DNA of 64,000 bases from Ignavibacteriae bacterium HGW-Ignavibacteriae-4 (GTDB lineage Bacteria; Bacteroidota; Ignavibacteria; Kapaibacteriales; UBA2268). Below the pieces are notes generated by a model, which worked only from the letters and a program-made list of their open reading frames with translations, was not told the DNA's origin and made no database searches. Below, in pieces: positions 10,585 through 20,887 of the stretch. The DNA lies in assembly GCA_002839765.1 (NCBI GenBank), contig PGYR01000008.1, forward strand, positions 2,541 to 66,540, in the 5' to 3' direction. Each line of letters starts with the position of its first letter. The stretch's first letter is position 1. The translations under genes were made by a program, and so were the position numbers.

Positions 10585-10611
10585 ACTTTTCCAACTTTTG
10601 TACATCTACTA

Positions 10612-10644
10612 TATATAAAGACACATGAAACGCAAAAACGTCTC
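10612..10644 (-). promoter_or_regulatory. Putative ECF-sigma promoter, class GAGAC-N15-GTGTCT
   Basis: Minus strand gagacgtttttgcgtttcatgtgtctttatata; near-identical copies at 37673-37705 and 41444-41478. Confidence 0.6.
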
Positions 10645-10662
10645 AAAAATAGTGAAGTTTTT

Positions 10663-11016
10663 TTAGTCGCGGAACTGACCGCACCCTAGAAATTTATCAC
10701 CATTGAGCCGAATTATGACTTGAAAAGTCTCAGTTTTCTCTTTTGTATAGTTGTGACATTCTCTTTCTAGTATATTGAACTCCAATAATGTATTGCCTTC
10801 TTGGTGCTTATGCAATGACTCCGTATATTTTTCATCGCCCATATTATATACTATTTCTTTGTCCATTCCTTTCATCGAGAAACGTACATCTTTTTCTTTC
10901 GAAATAGAAAGGTTCCACATCGGATTATCACCCGACGCGCTGAATGATTGGTCAATATTTTCGCTACAACTTGCTAATAATAAAGTACTTATAATTATCA
11001 ATAATACTCTTTTCAT
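10663..11016 (-). CDS. Small lipoprotein (COG3650-like)
   Basis: MKRVLL..LLLASC lipobox; ASGDNPMWNLSI and C..FLGCG motifs. Confidence 0.7.
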   Translation of the reverse strand: MKRVLLIIISTLLLASCSENIDQSFSASGDNPMWNLSISKEKDVRFSMKGMDKEIVYNMGDEKYTESLHKHQEGNTLLEFNILERECHNYTKEKTETFQVIIRLNGDKFLGCGQFRD

Positions 11017-11017
11017 C

Positions 11018-12116
11018 TTAAACTTCTCCACTTAATAATACAGCTTTTATCAATTCATCTAGGTCGCCATCCATCACAGACGTAATATCTGATGTTTTGT
11101 ATTCTACTCTTGCGTCATTCACCATAGTATATGGTTGGAATACATACGAGCGAATTTGGCTCCCCCATTCTATTTTTTTCTTAGCCCCTTCTATCTTGGC
11201 TTTCTCAGCATCTTCTTCTTCTGTTCTCTTTTTGTAAAGAGCAGATTTTAGCATTTTCATGGCTAGTTCTCTATTCGCTAATTGCGAACGTTCTTTCTGA
11301 CAAGCTACAACTATGCCCGATGGTTTATGTCTAAGTCTAACAGCTGTTTCTACTTTGTTGACGTTCTGTCCACCTTTACCGCCAGCTCTGAAAGTGTCTA
11401 ATTCTACATCTGCTGGATTTATCTCAATCTCAACATCATCTTCTACTTCTGGATATATATATACACTAGCAAATGAGGTGTGTCTTCGTGCATTCGAATC
11501 GAAAGGGGAGATACGAACCAATCTATGGACACCATTTTCAGCTTTCAAATACCCATAAGCATAGTTACCTTCAATCTGGATAGTAGCCGACTTTAGACCT
11601 GCTACCTCGCCTTCTTGCTCGTCGAGCAATCTAGTAGTAAATCCTTTTCTTTCTGCCCAACGTAAATACATTCTTAATAACATATCCGCCCAATCGCAAG
11701 CCTCTGTACCGCCCGCACCAGCGTTAACTGTTAGTATCGCGTTGCTCGGGTCATCTTTACCAGAAAGCATATTGATTACTTCTAACTCATTTACGGTTTT
11801 TATCGCTTTGTTTAGCTCCTTATCTATATCATCAGATAAGCTCTGATCTGATAGTTCATCAGCTAAACTTACTATTGCTTCTGTGTCATCAACTGTACTA
11901 ATAGCAGCATAGTAAGTATCTATCCAATTCTTTCTTTCGGATAGTTGCTTCATTACCCGCTTTGCATTATTTGAATCATCCCAAAACCCAGGAGTCTCGG
12001 ACATATCTTTTAACTCTTTAAGCTCACGCTCTTTGACCTCTACGTCAAAGATACCTCCTTAAATGCTCCACTTTCTCTTTTAGCTTACTTAACTCTTCTT
12101 TTTGAACATCAAACAT
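11018..12116 (-). CDS. prfB: Peptide chain release factor 2, expressed via programmed +1 frameshift
   Basis: GGQ and SPF motifs. Upstream [26 protein letters not shown] from ATG 12116 ends AGG AGG TAT CTT TGA C; the +1 frame continues into the 11018..12004 ORF. Confidence 0.97.
12044..12059 (-). other. prfB programmed +1 ribosomal frameshift site
   Basis: Internal SD AGGAGG (12054-12059) plus slippery CTT-TGA-C (12044-12050). Confidence 0.95.
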
Positions 12117-12324
12117 GTTTTTCTCGTTATATGATTAGGTATAATGTGTAATTTAACGTATTTGTTACCTTTTAAAAAGTATTGTTGTTGAAAACTAATC
12201 AACGTTTTTTTAATCTAAAACTTGAATTCGTTAATATGTAATTTTATATTACATTTATTGCAGCAAATAATAGAAATAAATACTCGTCTATATTAATACC
12301 TAAGGAAAAAAATTGCATTTTTTT

Positions 12325-12356
12325 GTAACTGTTTCCTATTAAAACGGTCTATATAT
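12325..12356 (+). promoter_or_regulatory. Putative ECF-sigma promoter upstream of clpC
   Basis: GTAAC-N15-CGGTCTATATA, with the same spacing as the GAGAC-class motifs. Confidence 0.45.
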
Positions 12357-12385
12357 AAAAGAGAAAAACCAAGAAGGTAAATAAA

Positions 12386-14968
12386 ATGGAAGGAAATTTT
12401 TCAAGTAGGGTCAACGACGTAATCAAGCTAAGTAGAGAGGAAGCTCTCCGACTAGGACACGACTACATCGGCACCGAACACCTTCTGCTAGGAATTATCA
12501 GAGATGGCGAAGGAATCGCAGTTAAAGTCCTTAGAAATTTGGATGTTGATTTGTATAAGCTAAAAAAAGGTATAGAGGAGACTGTCAGACCTAGCGGTTC
12601 GACTATTACTTCGGGGAATATACCACTGACTAAACAAGCAGAAAAAGTTTTAAAAATTACATATTTGGAAGCTAAACTGTATAAATCTCAAAAGATTGGT
12701 ACTGAGCATTTACTTCTTTCTTTACTAAGAGATGAAGAAAATATAGCTGCTCAAATATTAGAGCAATTTAATGTTAATTACGATTTGGTAAGAAACGAAC
12801 TAGATAGCATTATCAAAGGTGAGAAACCTACTGATAGTGGTGAATCCTCGTACATACCTCGTAAAACAGAGAAAACTGCTCAATCGAAACAAAAAGAAAG
12901 AGCTAAAACTCCGGTACTAGATAACTTTGGTCGCGATTTGACTAAAATGGCTGCTGAAAAGAAGCTAGATCCAGTAATAGGAAGACAAAAAGAAATCGAA
13001 AGATTATCTCAAGTTCTATCTCGAAGAAAGAAAAACAACCCTGTACTAATCGGTGAACCTGGTGTTGGTAAAACAGCGATTGTAGAAGGACTTGCACTTC
13101 GTATAGTTCAGAAAAAAGTATCTCGTGCATTGTACGAGAAGCGAATAATAACTCTCGATATCGCTTCGCTTGTGGCTGGTACTAAGTACCGTGGCCAATT
13201 CGAAGAGAGAATGAAAGCAGTCATCAATGAGCTTGAAAAAGCTGATGACGTTATATTATTCATCGATGAGATACATACTATAGTCGGTGCCGGTGGAGCT
13301 TCTGGCTCGCTTGATGCATCGAATATGTTCAAACCGGCTTTGGCTAGGGGAGACATACAATGTATTGGTGCTACTACTCTCGATGAGTATAGAGAAAACA
13401 TAGAGAAAGACGGTGCTCTAGAGCGTAGGTTCCAGAAAATATTAGTAGAGCCACCTTCTGCACTTGAAACTCTCAAAATAATCGAAAAAATAAAGGATGC
13501 TTACGAGAAGCATCACCACGTTATCTACACTGATGAAGCAATTCAGACAGCTGTTCGCTTAGCAGATAGATATATCTCGGAAAGAAATTTCCCAGATAAA
13601 GCTATTGACATAATAGATGAAGCTGGAGCGAAAGTCCATCTGGAGAATATTGACGTTCCTATTAGTGTTATCAATCTTGAAAAAGAAATCAAGAAGATAA
13701 ATGAAGAAAAGAATATAGTAGTCAAAAAGCAAAATTTCGAAGAAGCTGCTAGATTACGTGACTTAGAGAAAAACAAGCAACAAGAACTAGTTACTGCCAA
13801 AGAAGAATGGGAAAAACAATCAGATAAACTGGTATTCCCAGTAACTGAAACAGACATTTCGGATGTAGTTTCTATGATGACTGGTGTTCCAGTTTCAAGA
13901 GTTGCAGAATCTGAGTCTATCAAACTTCTCTCTCTAGCAGATGAGCTAAAAGGCACAGTAGTAGGACAAGAGCAAGCTATTGAGCATTTAACAAGAGCTA
14001 TCAGACGTGCTAGAGCTGGACTAAAAGATCCTAAGAGACCAATCGGGTCATTTATGTTCTTAGGCCCAACGGGTGTAGGTAAAACTGAGCTTGCAAAATC
14101 GCTATCGAAAGCTATGTTTGACACTGAAGATGCAATTATCCGTATAGATATGAGTGAGTATATGGAGAAATTCTCTGTATCTAGACTAGTCGGTTCGCCT
14201 CCGGGTTACGTTGGCTATGAGCAAGGTGGTCAGCTAACTGAGAAAGTTAGAAGAAAGCCATACTCTATCATATTGCTTGATGAGATAGAAAAAGCTCATC
14301 CGGATGTTTATAATATCTTACTTCAAGTATTTGATGATGGTATATTGACTGATGGATTGGGAAGAAAGATTGACTTCAAAAATACTATTATAATAATGAC
14401 TTCTAACGCTGGTACTAAGGATTTGAAACCGGGCGGTAGAATTGGGTTCACTGATATAGAATCAGAAAACGATTACGAAGAGCTAAAAAGTTCAATCGAA
14501 GAGTCAACTAAATCTATATTTAGTCCAGAGTTCATCAATAGAATAGATGATTTCATTATCTTCCGTAAGCTGACTAAAGAAAACATCAAGGAAATTATTG
14601 ATATCCAATTGAAGTTAGTACAAGAAAGAATGAACCTGCACCAAATGACTTTAGAGATAAACGATGCAGCGAAAGATTTCATTGTTGAGAAAGGATTCGA
14701 CGAGAAGTATGGTGCTAGACCACTGAAACGTGCGCTCCAAAAGTACGTGGAAGACGAGCTAGCAGATGAGATACTGAAAGGACATCTTTTGAACGGTGCT
14801 GTAGTCAAAGTTCAATACGACAAGAAAAACGAGAAGCTGAAATTCAAATTCGTTGGTGGAGAAAAGAAAATCGACGAAAAAGAATTGGTAAAGCCGAAAA
14901 TAGATATCGATGACGAGATAGACGACAACCCAGAAATCAACATTGACGAGGACGTTAGCAACAACTAA
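12386..14968 (+). CDS. clpC: ATP-dependent Clp protease ATP-binding subunit ClpC
   Basis: Two Clp-N repeats (GTEHLLL); Walker A GEPGVGKT and GPTGVGKT; UVR-like AARLRD middle domain; IGF loop. Confidence 0.95.
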   Translation: MEGNFSSRVNDVIKLSREEALRLGHDYIGTEHLLLGIIRDGEGIAVKVLRNLDVDLYKLKKGIEETVRPSGSTITSGNIPLTKQAEKVLKITYLEAKLYKSQKIGTEHLLLSLLRDEENIAAQILEQFNVNYDLVRNELDSIIKGEKPTDSGESSYIPRKTEKTAQSKQKERAKTPVLDNFGRDLTKMAAEKKLDPVIGRQKEIERLSQVLSRRKKNNPVLIGEPGVGKTAIVEGLALRIVQKKVSRALYEKRIITLDIASLVAGTKYRGQFEERMKAVINELEKADDVILFIDEIHTIVGAGGASGSLDASNMFKPALARGDIQCIGATTLDEYRENIEKDGALERRFQKILVEPPSALETLKIIEKIKDAYEKHHHVIYTDEAIQTAVRLADRYISERNFPDKAIDIIDEAGAKVHLENIDVPISVINLEKEIKKINEEKNIVVKKQNFEEAARLRDLEKNKQQELVTAKEEWEKQSDKLVFPVTETDISDVVSMMTGVPVSRVAESESIKLLSLADELKGTVVGQEQAIEHLTRAIRRARAGLKDPKRPIGSFMFLGPTGVGKTELAKSLSKAMFDTEDAIIRIDMSEYMEKFSVSRLVGSPPGYVGYEQGGQLTEKVRRKPYSIILLDEIEKAHPDVYNILLQVFDDGILTDGLGRKIDFKNTIIIMTSNAGTKDLKPGGRIGFTDIESENDYEELKSSIEESTKSIFSPEFINRIDDFIIFRKLTKENIKEIIDIQLKLVQERMNLHQMTLEINDAAKDFIVEKGFDEKYGARPLKRALQKYVEDELADEILKGHLLNGAVVKVQYDKKNEKLKFKFVGGEKKIDEKELVKPKIDIDDEIDDNPEINIDEDVSNN

Positions 14969-14994
14969 TGTCTGATTGAGATAAGAATAAAATC

Positions 14995-15023
14995 AAAGCC
15001 AAGTGGAAACACTTGGCTTTTTT
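14995..15023. terminator. Intrinsic (likely bidirectional) terminator after clpC
   Basis: aaagccaagtg-gaaa-cacttggcttt followed by a T run. Confidence 0.85.
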
Positions 15024-15041
15024 GGTTTTGAATACAGTATT

Positions 15042-16793
15042 TTATTCCTCTAAATTAAGTTTATAATTTCCAAGTTTTAATAATGCTGTGATAAGCAAAA
15101 GCATAGTACTAGCTAAATAATTTTTTGTTTGATAAAAACAATGAGCAACATTATTTCTTAAATTCATCCCATCAGATGTAAAAAGAAATTTAAAAAATGC
15201 AATGTCATCTTCAGGAATAATTTCATTAAGCTTGACGTTATCTAATAACTTTTCGAATGATATTCTCTCTTGAGTAGCATTCTCTTTAATCTCAATAGTT
15301 TGTGCACCAATATGTTTTGAAAATTCTCTTAGTAGTCCTTCAAATTTTATTACCAATGAATCTATTGGTAGTATATAGCCTATACTACTATTTTTATTTT
15401 GTTTTATATCAATTTCAATTTGGTTGAAAAAGCTAAAAAGTGAAGGAGATAATAATTCAATCCAGTTAAAACCTTCCACTTGACCTTCAGTATTTACGGA
15501 TGTAAAATCTTGACCATACCAAGAATTCTCTTTTAAGAAATCAATTATTGTGTTGAGAGTCACTTTTCCTTTTTTGAAACCCTTTGAAATTATCATCCAA
15601 AGATAGTTTATAGAAAAACTTTGAATATAAATTGAATAAGGATCAATTCCACTTTTCTTATTGCCTGTGACATTCTTATTAATATCAAAATTCATTACAC
15701 TTACAAGATCTAGTGCAACTGGTCGTATTTCTTCATACAGTACTGCTGCATTAGGGAATATTTTATCACAAAGTATTAAGTATGTATATATTCCCTTGCT
15801 ATCATATTTATCTATTATTTCATCAGTTTCTTTATTAAATAAATCCCAAATTTTTTGGAATTCTTCATCTGTATTTTCAACTTCTAATAATTCGAAATTT
15901 AAGTTCTTTTTAGCCTTTTCAATTAATACTGTGACATCTTCAATTTTTTCTTTATTACCAGCTTTTTTATACTGTACCAATGCTTTTAAATAAAAGTCGT
16001 GGACAATAAAGCTTCCTTTATGTTCTTCTGATTTAGTGATATAAAATTCAGCAAGTCTATTATGAAATGGTTTAGGGGGAACACTTATTTTTTGACTTAG
16101 AATAATTTGTAAACCTAAGTATTCTTCTAATAATTCAGGATAGGTTTTATTTTCAATTATGCATTTAGAATATTCAAAAAAAGTGTTAAAATTAGAAATA
16201 TCTATTTTTTTTCCTTTCTTGACAATGAAATTCACTAATGAATATTCTGTATAGCTATTTATAATATACTTACCTAAATGAGAAATTAGAAATTGTATTA
16301 CCTCATCTTTTTTAAAGTTTGAATATTGTGAAAGAATAAAAAGATTTTGAAAATAACTTCCAAAGGATTGATTTGATAAACTATCCTGATAATTAAATGA
16401 TACAGTTTTTAGAAAAGCTAAATAGTTATCTATTGCCAAGGTAGCGAAAGAGCGATGTTTGTGTTCACTATTCCAAAGTAGATGATTGTATTTTGCTTTG
16501 TATTTGGGATTTACTGTTTTCTCTGCGCGTATTTTTATATAGTCTAAATCGTCATTAAATAAATCTAAATTTGGATAGGATGATCTGTCTATATCATGAT
16601 ATTTGGGATTTGAATTTCCATCTCTAAATATGTAATCGTTAAAAAATAACTCATAAGAACAATATTTTTTTAGATCAGCATCCTCAATTTTATCCCTTAG
16701 TTCTAATAATGAATTTGAGATACTAATATCAATGATCAAACTATTATCACTTTCGAGATAATTATAATATTCGTCTAAGTTTTCAAACTTCAT
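15042..16793 (-). CDS. DUF4209-like protein with C-terminal HEPN-like RxxxxH motif
   Basis: C-terminal KFEGLLRE..FFKFLFTSDGMNLRNNVAHCF; helical N-terminal region; very AT-rich. Confidence 0.7.
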   Translation of the reverse strand: MKFENLDEYYNYLESDNSLIIDISISNSLLELRDKIEDADLKKYCSYELFFNDYIFRDGNSNPKYHDIDRSSYPNLDLFNDDLDYIKIRAEKTVNPKYKAKYNHLLWNSEHKHRSFATLAIDNYLAFLKTVSFNYQDSLSNQSFGSYFQNLFILSQYSNFKKDEVIQFLISHLGKYIINSYTEYSLVNFIVKKGKKIDISNFNTFFEYSKCIIENKTYPELLEEYLGLQIILSQKISVPPKPFHNRLAEFYITKSEEHKGSFIVHDFYLKALVQYKKAGNKEKIEDVTVLIEKAKKNLNFELLEVENTDEEFQKIWDLFNKETDEIIDKYDSKGIYTYLILCDKIFPNAAVLYEEIRPVALDLVSVMNFDINKNVTGNKKSGIDPYSIYIQSFSINYLWMIISKGFKKGKVTLNTIIDFLKENSWYGQDFTSVNTEGQVEGFNWIELLSPSLFSFFNQIEIDIKQNKNSSIGYILPIDSLVIKFEGLLREFSKHIGAQTIEIKENATQERISFEKLLDNVKLNEIIPEDDIAFFKFLFTSDGMNLRNNVAHCFYQTKNYLASTMLLLITALLKLGNYKLNLEE

Positions 16794-16823
16794 TCTTACT
16801 CATTTATTTTGATTTATTGTTGT

Positions 16824-18083
16824 TTATCTTTTCATAACTTTTTGCAGACTTTCAATTTTTGTATTCAACTCGTCAAAAGTTAAGATTTCAACATCTCTAC
16901 TATTACTTCTATATAATTCAAAACTATATCTTTGTTCGTTGGAAAGTGTTTTTAAAGTTCCAACTAATACTACACATTTTGAATTAAATGTTTCGACAGC
17001 TGTTTTACTTTTTCCTTTTAGTGCCCAAAATTCTTTCTGAAAGTTGTCTCTTTGGTTTAGAACTTGATTTATACTTCCTGTTAAGTCTTTTCCAACACTA
17101 AAAACGTCAGAACCTCGATAGGTTGTTTTTTCCATTAGTTTTGTCTTATGAGTCTTAATTTCTAAAAATGAAACATTATCACTTAAACTATTCTGTATCA
17201 GAAAGTCGTTAAACTTTCCATTTTTATTGTCGATTGTTTTTCCTCCTACATAAGCTTCGTTTTGATATAAAATTACAGGTTGAGCAAATATTGATGAAAA
17301 TATCCAACTATTGTCTTTTAAAAACAATTGCCATAACTTTTCAAGACTTTCACTACTTGTTTTAAGGGACATTAATTCCTTGTATCTTTTCAATGTCTGC
17401 TGAATATATCTATTATCAACAATCTCTTTAGTCTTTGCTAATGCATCTTTGGTAAAAAAATCTTGTGTAATCGAAAGTTTATCAAATAAATCTTTAATCG
17501 CACTTTTATCAGAATCTGAAAATTCATCTATTGAATTCCCCCAACTAGATAAAGATACTGCCAAAGCGTTTGGAATAAATGTTTTTTCAGGTTTTGTTAT
17601 AACATTCGGAAATAGAGAATATAGGTTTAATTTCAATACAAAATTGACTTCTTCTTTGTTCTTTTTGAAAATGACTGTAAAAGCATTTAAAAGATCTTTT
17701 AGACTTTTTTCATTCAAGAATAGTTTTTTATTTGATAAATCTAATTCAACTTTTCCAGTCTTATTTATTATTACTTCTTCAATTTCATAATTATCATTAA
17801 TATGATATGCGAATGGATTGAGTGTTTTCGTAAATCCCCAACCAAAATTTACAGACTTCACAACACCAACAGGTAATTTCCCATTAAAGCCATTATATAT
17901 AAATTTTTTAATAGTTTTATACTTCTGACCACCTTCAAAACCTCTTGGATAGTGAATGATACGGTCATTATTTTTATATATCTCACTTGAAATTTGCTTT
18001 ATACTATTTTCGGTATCATAAAAAAACAATACTTTTTTAGTTGGTAATTCACTTTCTAATTTTTCACCTTTAAAAACTGTCAT
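16824..18083 (-). CDS. sduA: Shedu anti-phage nuclease (DUF4263 / SduA-like)
   Basis: EKLWQLFLKDNSWIF, AYVGGK, DFL..LEIKT PD-(D/E)xK core, INQV, FELYR..ILTFDEL. Confidence 0.82.
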   Translation of the reverse strand: MTVFKGEKLESELPTKKVLFFYDTENSIKQISSEIYKNNDRIIHYPRGFEGGQKYKTIKKFIYNGFNGKLPVGVVKSVNFGWGFTKTLNPFAYHINDNYEIEEVIINKTGKVELDLSNKKLFLNEKSLKDLLNAFTVIFKKNKEEVNFVLKLNLYSLFPNVITKPEKTFIPNALAVSLSSWGNSIDEFSDSDKSAIKDLFDKLSITQDFFTKDALAKTKEIVDNRYIQQTLKRYKELMSLKTSSESLEKLWQLFLKDNSWIFSSIFAQPVILYQNEAYVGGKTIDNKNGKFNDFLIQNSLSDNVSFLEIKTHKTKLMEKTTYRGSDVFSVGKDLTGSINQVLNQRDNFQKEFWALKGKSKTAVETFNSKCVVLVGTLKTLSNEQRYSFELYRSNSRDVEILTFDELNTKIESLQKVMKR

Positions 18084-18202
18084 AATCTTCTAATATTGAT
18101 TTAAGTAAAATTTATGTACTTTCCGAACCCAAAATACAAAAAAATCTCTCCTTACATCAACTAAAAAACAAAAAGGACCGCTCAATAATATAAAAAACAT
18201 TA

Positions 18203-18263
18203 TTTGTTGTTAATATATTAGTAAAAGAGATAAACAAATTAGTTTGTTGTTAAAGTATTAACA
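18203..18263. promoter_or_regulatory. Tandem 18-bp direct repeats (possible operator pair) upstream of the Shedu operon
   Basis: tttgttgttaatatatta (18203-18220) and tttgttgttaaagtatta (18243-18260), 40 bp apart; the second overlaps the palindrome TGTTAA-N4-TTAACA. Confidence 0.35.
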
Positions 18264-18325
18264 TCAAAAGTCGTTGTCGCTCATAATTATGAAAATGTGA
18301 GCAACAAAGGTTAAGGGATGATACC

Positions 18326-19084
18326 CTACTTCACATTAATCAAAAACTCAGATGCTACTTTCTGGCAAAGTTCAACGTCGATAGCATTCTCCCAAAATAA
18401 TATTACTTGTTCTCCATTCGCATCTTTTATTCTGTAATCCGTTCGTAGATTAGATGGTACTTCACCTGTGAATTTACCAACAAAAAGACAAGCATTTAGG
18501 AAAGCTCCTAGATCGTTTTGATGGCTTCCGTCTGGCATATATAACCCAATATCTGGTCTAATCGTTCGAGCTAGTTTCCAAGCTTCTCCTACCATAATAA
18601 GATCACATTTGTTTTCTTTGGCTGCTTCTACGTATGTACTAGTTATATAATCTTGAATATGTTGGTATTTTTGACGCGACCATGTAACGTATAAATAAGG
18701 TGATGCACCAGATTCTTTAACAAGGTCGCAAAGCAATTTCGAATACTTAAGAAAGTCATTCTTATTCTCAATCGTCTCTAAACTATGACCTTGTATTACT
18801 ACTTTATCGTATAAGCCGTTACAGATAATATCTTTTGTTTTTAGTTCCTTTTCTCCATTCCAATGGTTGCTTAGAGTAGCTCCACCTGCTGTACTTTTTG
18901 AAGTTATTAATTTTACTTTAGTACTGTCCGATATCAGAGATGCCAGATGAGGCATATTAGAAATCGATGTATAGCTATTGCCAACAAATAATATACGTAA
19001 AGTGTCTTTTCCAGACTGGGCGATACCTTCACTATATATACCGAAAATGAAGAGAATAATTAGTAGATTTTTGATGGATTTCAT
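18326..19084 (-). CDS. Secreted SGNH/GDSL-like hydrolase (DUF4886-like)
   Basis: Signal peptide; ILFVGNSYT block I; DGSH catalytic motif. Confidence 0.78.
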   Translation of the reverse strand: MKSIKNLLIILFIFGIYSEGIAQSGKDTLRILFVGNSYTSISNMPHLASLISDSTKVKLITSKSTAGGATLSNHWNGEKELKTKDIICNGLYDKVVIQGHSLETIENKNDFLKYSKLLCDLVKESGASPYLYVTWSRQKYQHIQDYITSTYVEAAKENKCDLIMVGEAWKLARTIRPDIGLYMPDGSHQNDLGAFLNACLFVGKFTGEVPSNLRTDYRIKDANGEQVILFWENAIDVELCQKVASEFLINVK

Positions 19085-19166
19085 TAATTTTTTTAAATAA
19101 AGCTAGTGATAAAATATAAATTCAAACTACAAAAAATAATATTTAAATTAATCGCCATATTCCAAC

Positions 19167-19204
19167 AAAAACAAAAGGGCTGCTCATTTATTTGAACAGC
19201 CCTT
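19167..19204 (-). terminator. Intrinsic terminator after osmC
   Basis: Minus strand aagggctgttca-aataaa-tgagcagccctt followed by a U-rich tail. Confidence 0.75.
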
Positions 19205-19230
19205 CGGTATATTTAGTGTTTAATCTTACG

Positions 19231-19647
19231 TTACTTAAGTGTAGCAGTTAATGTAATATCCGCGTTTAATAATTTTGATATAGGGCAAACAGCTTTCGCG
19301 TTGTTCGCTATTTCTTCAAACGTAGATTGATCAATACCTTTAATTGATCCTACTAAATCTAAATTGATACTAGTAACACTTCCATCTTCAAAATTAACTT
19401 TTGCGTCAGTAGTTAGGTCTTTATCATTGAATCCTTTTTCGTCTAATAAAAAACTCAATTGCATAGTAAAACAACCAGAAAGTGCTGCGCCAATAAGCTC
19501 TTCTGGATTAGTGCCCGCTGCATTTTCGAAACGTGTTGAGAATGAATAGTGTGAATCTTTTAGTACAGAGCTATCTGTTGTTAATGTTCCTGTTCCTTCT
19601 TTACCAGTACCTTTCCAATTTGCGTTTGCGTTTCTTGAGAATTTCAT
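19231..19647 (-). CDS. osmC: OsmC peroxiredoxin
   Basis: YSFSTRFE..GTNPEELIGAA..GCF and CPISK cysteines. Confidence 0.92.
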   Translation of the reverse strand: MKFSRNANANWKGTGKEGTGTLTTDSSVLKDSHYSFSTRFENAAGTNPEELIGAALSGCFTMQLSFLLDEKGFNDKDLTTDAKVNFEDGSVTSINLDLVGSIKGIDQSTFEEIANNAKAVCPISKLLNADITLTATLK

Positions 19648-19746
19648 TTTTTTATCCTTTAATATTGAGTGGTTAATGTCGTGAAATAAACGAAATGATA
19701 AGGAATTTGTTGTTAGTAGGGGAGGGAATGATATTAGACTTTGTTC

Positions 19747-20142
19747 TTATTTACTTTCTTCATTATTCAATCTCAAAATCTCTTGAATAATATTATCTTT
19801 GCTTTATGAATAATTCCAAGAGTTCCTGTTATTTTTAAATTCAATTTATTAGCTAATTTTCTGGCTTTCATATCATCAAGTAACAATAAAACATCGTCAT
19901 ATTCTTTTGCTAATGCAATTGCACTTGCCTCTCCTATTATTTACCTGAGTTTCAAGGAGCATTTGATATTTTTTATCATTAACTGATTCTACTTTAATCC
20001 AATTAGGAAGCTCTTCTCCGTATTCTTCAGCTATCTCTGGAGTGGTTACAAGTTCTATATAAAGTTTCTGCAACAGGTCAAGTTGTTCAATTTTCTGAAG
20101 GATTATTAATGTACTTGTATCTGATATTACAATTTTAGGCAT
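19747..20142 (-). pseudogene. DUF3368 PIN-domain toxin pseudogene
   Basis: MPKIVISDTS.. frameshifts near 19935-19944. Another frame continues GEASAIALA..LLDDMKARKLA..ITGTLGII. A further break near 19800 precedes DNIIQEILRLNNE. Confidence 0.82.
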
Positions 20143-20362
20143 TTTCTATATCTGATTGTAGGTCTGTAACTGAACTGCTAAAAATGGAAACGCCATATTT
20201 CCCAAGTAATTCTATAAATGTTCTTTTTGTTATTCCTACCATTTTAGCGGCTTGACCTAGGGAGAGTTTTTTTTCCTCATACAATTTTGATGCAATCATC
20301 ATTGAAAAATCGTAATCAGACATTTCGACACTATCAGGTATATTCAAATGTAATGTTCTCAT
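20135..20362 (-). CDS. UPF0175 family antitoxin-like protein
   Basis: KLYEEKKLSLGQAAKMVGI..FIELLGKYGV; overlaps the DUF3368 start. Confidence 0.85.
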   Translation of the reverse strand: MRTLHLNIPDSVEMSDYDFSMMIASKLYEEKKLSLGQAAKMVGITKRTFIELLGKYGVSIFSSSVTDLQSDIENA

Positions 20363-20488
20363 AGTATAATTCTATTTTATATAAGTTATAATATATTAAC
20401 GTAAAGCCTTTGAAATCTATTGTTTTCTAATAATTATTTGTGCTTTATATTCTTCAATTTACAATAAATATACTTAATATTAAAACTT

Positions 20489-20887
20489 TTAGAACTCCCT
20501 AATCACATTCCTTACTACACCCCAGATGGAGAATTCATCGAGGTCGGTGATTCGTATGTCTTCGTAGTCTTCGTTTTCAGAGTGGAGAATTGTTCTATCG
20601 TCTGTGAATAATATTCTTTTCACGAATGGTTTCCCGTTCAATGCACCTACGACAATTGATTCATTCGAGATTGGGTAGTTGCTATTCACAAGTACTTTAT
20701 CCCCCGAATTAATTCCGATATTTATCATCGAATTACCCGAAACTTCAACTAGAAATACATAACCATCATCGCCTAGAATCTCTTCGTTTAGGTCGAATTT
20801 CGTACGGCTCAATCTTTTCAGAAAGTCCGTGTTATTAAGTATTTTAGAAGAGTTGTTGCGTTTTTGCAACCTCGAATACAATGTCAT
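20489..20887 (-). CDS. S24 peptidase, UmuD-like
   Basis: DLNEEI..FLVEVSGNSM..GINSGDKVLV..VKR..ENEDY..IWGVV; no LexA DNA-binding domain. Confidence 0.8.
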   Translation of the reverse strand: MTLYSRLQKRNNSSKILNNTDFLKRLSRTKFDLNEEILGDDGYVFLVEVSGNSMINIGINSGDKVLVNSNYPISNESIVVGALNGKPFVKRILFTDDRTILHSENEDYEDIRITDLDEFSIWGVVRNVIREF

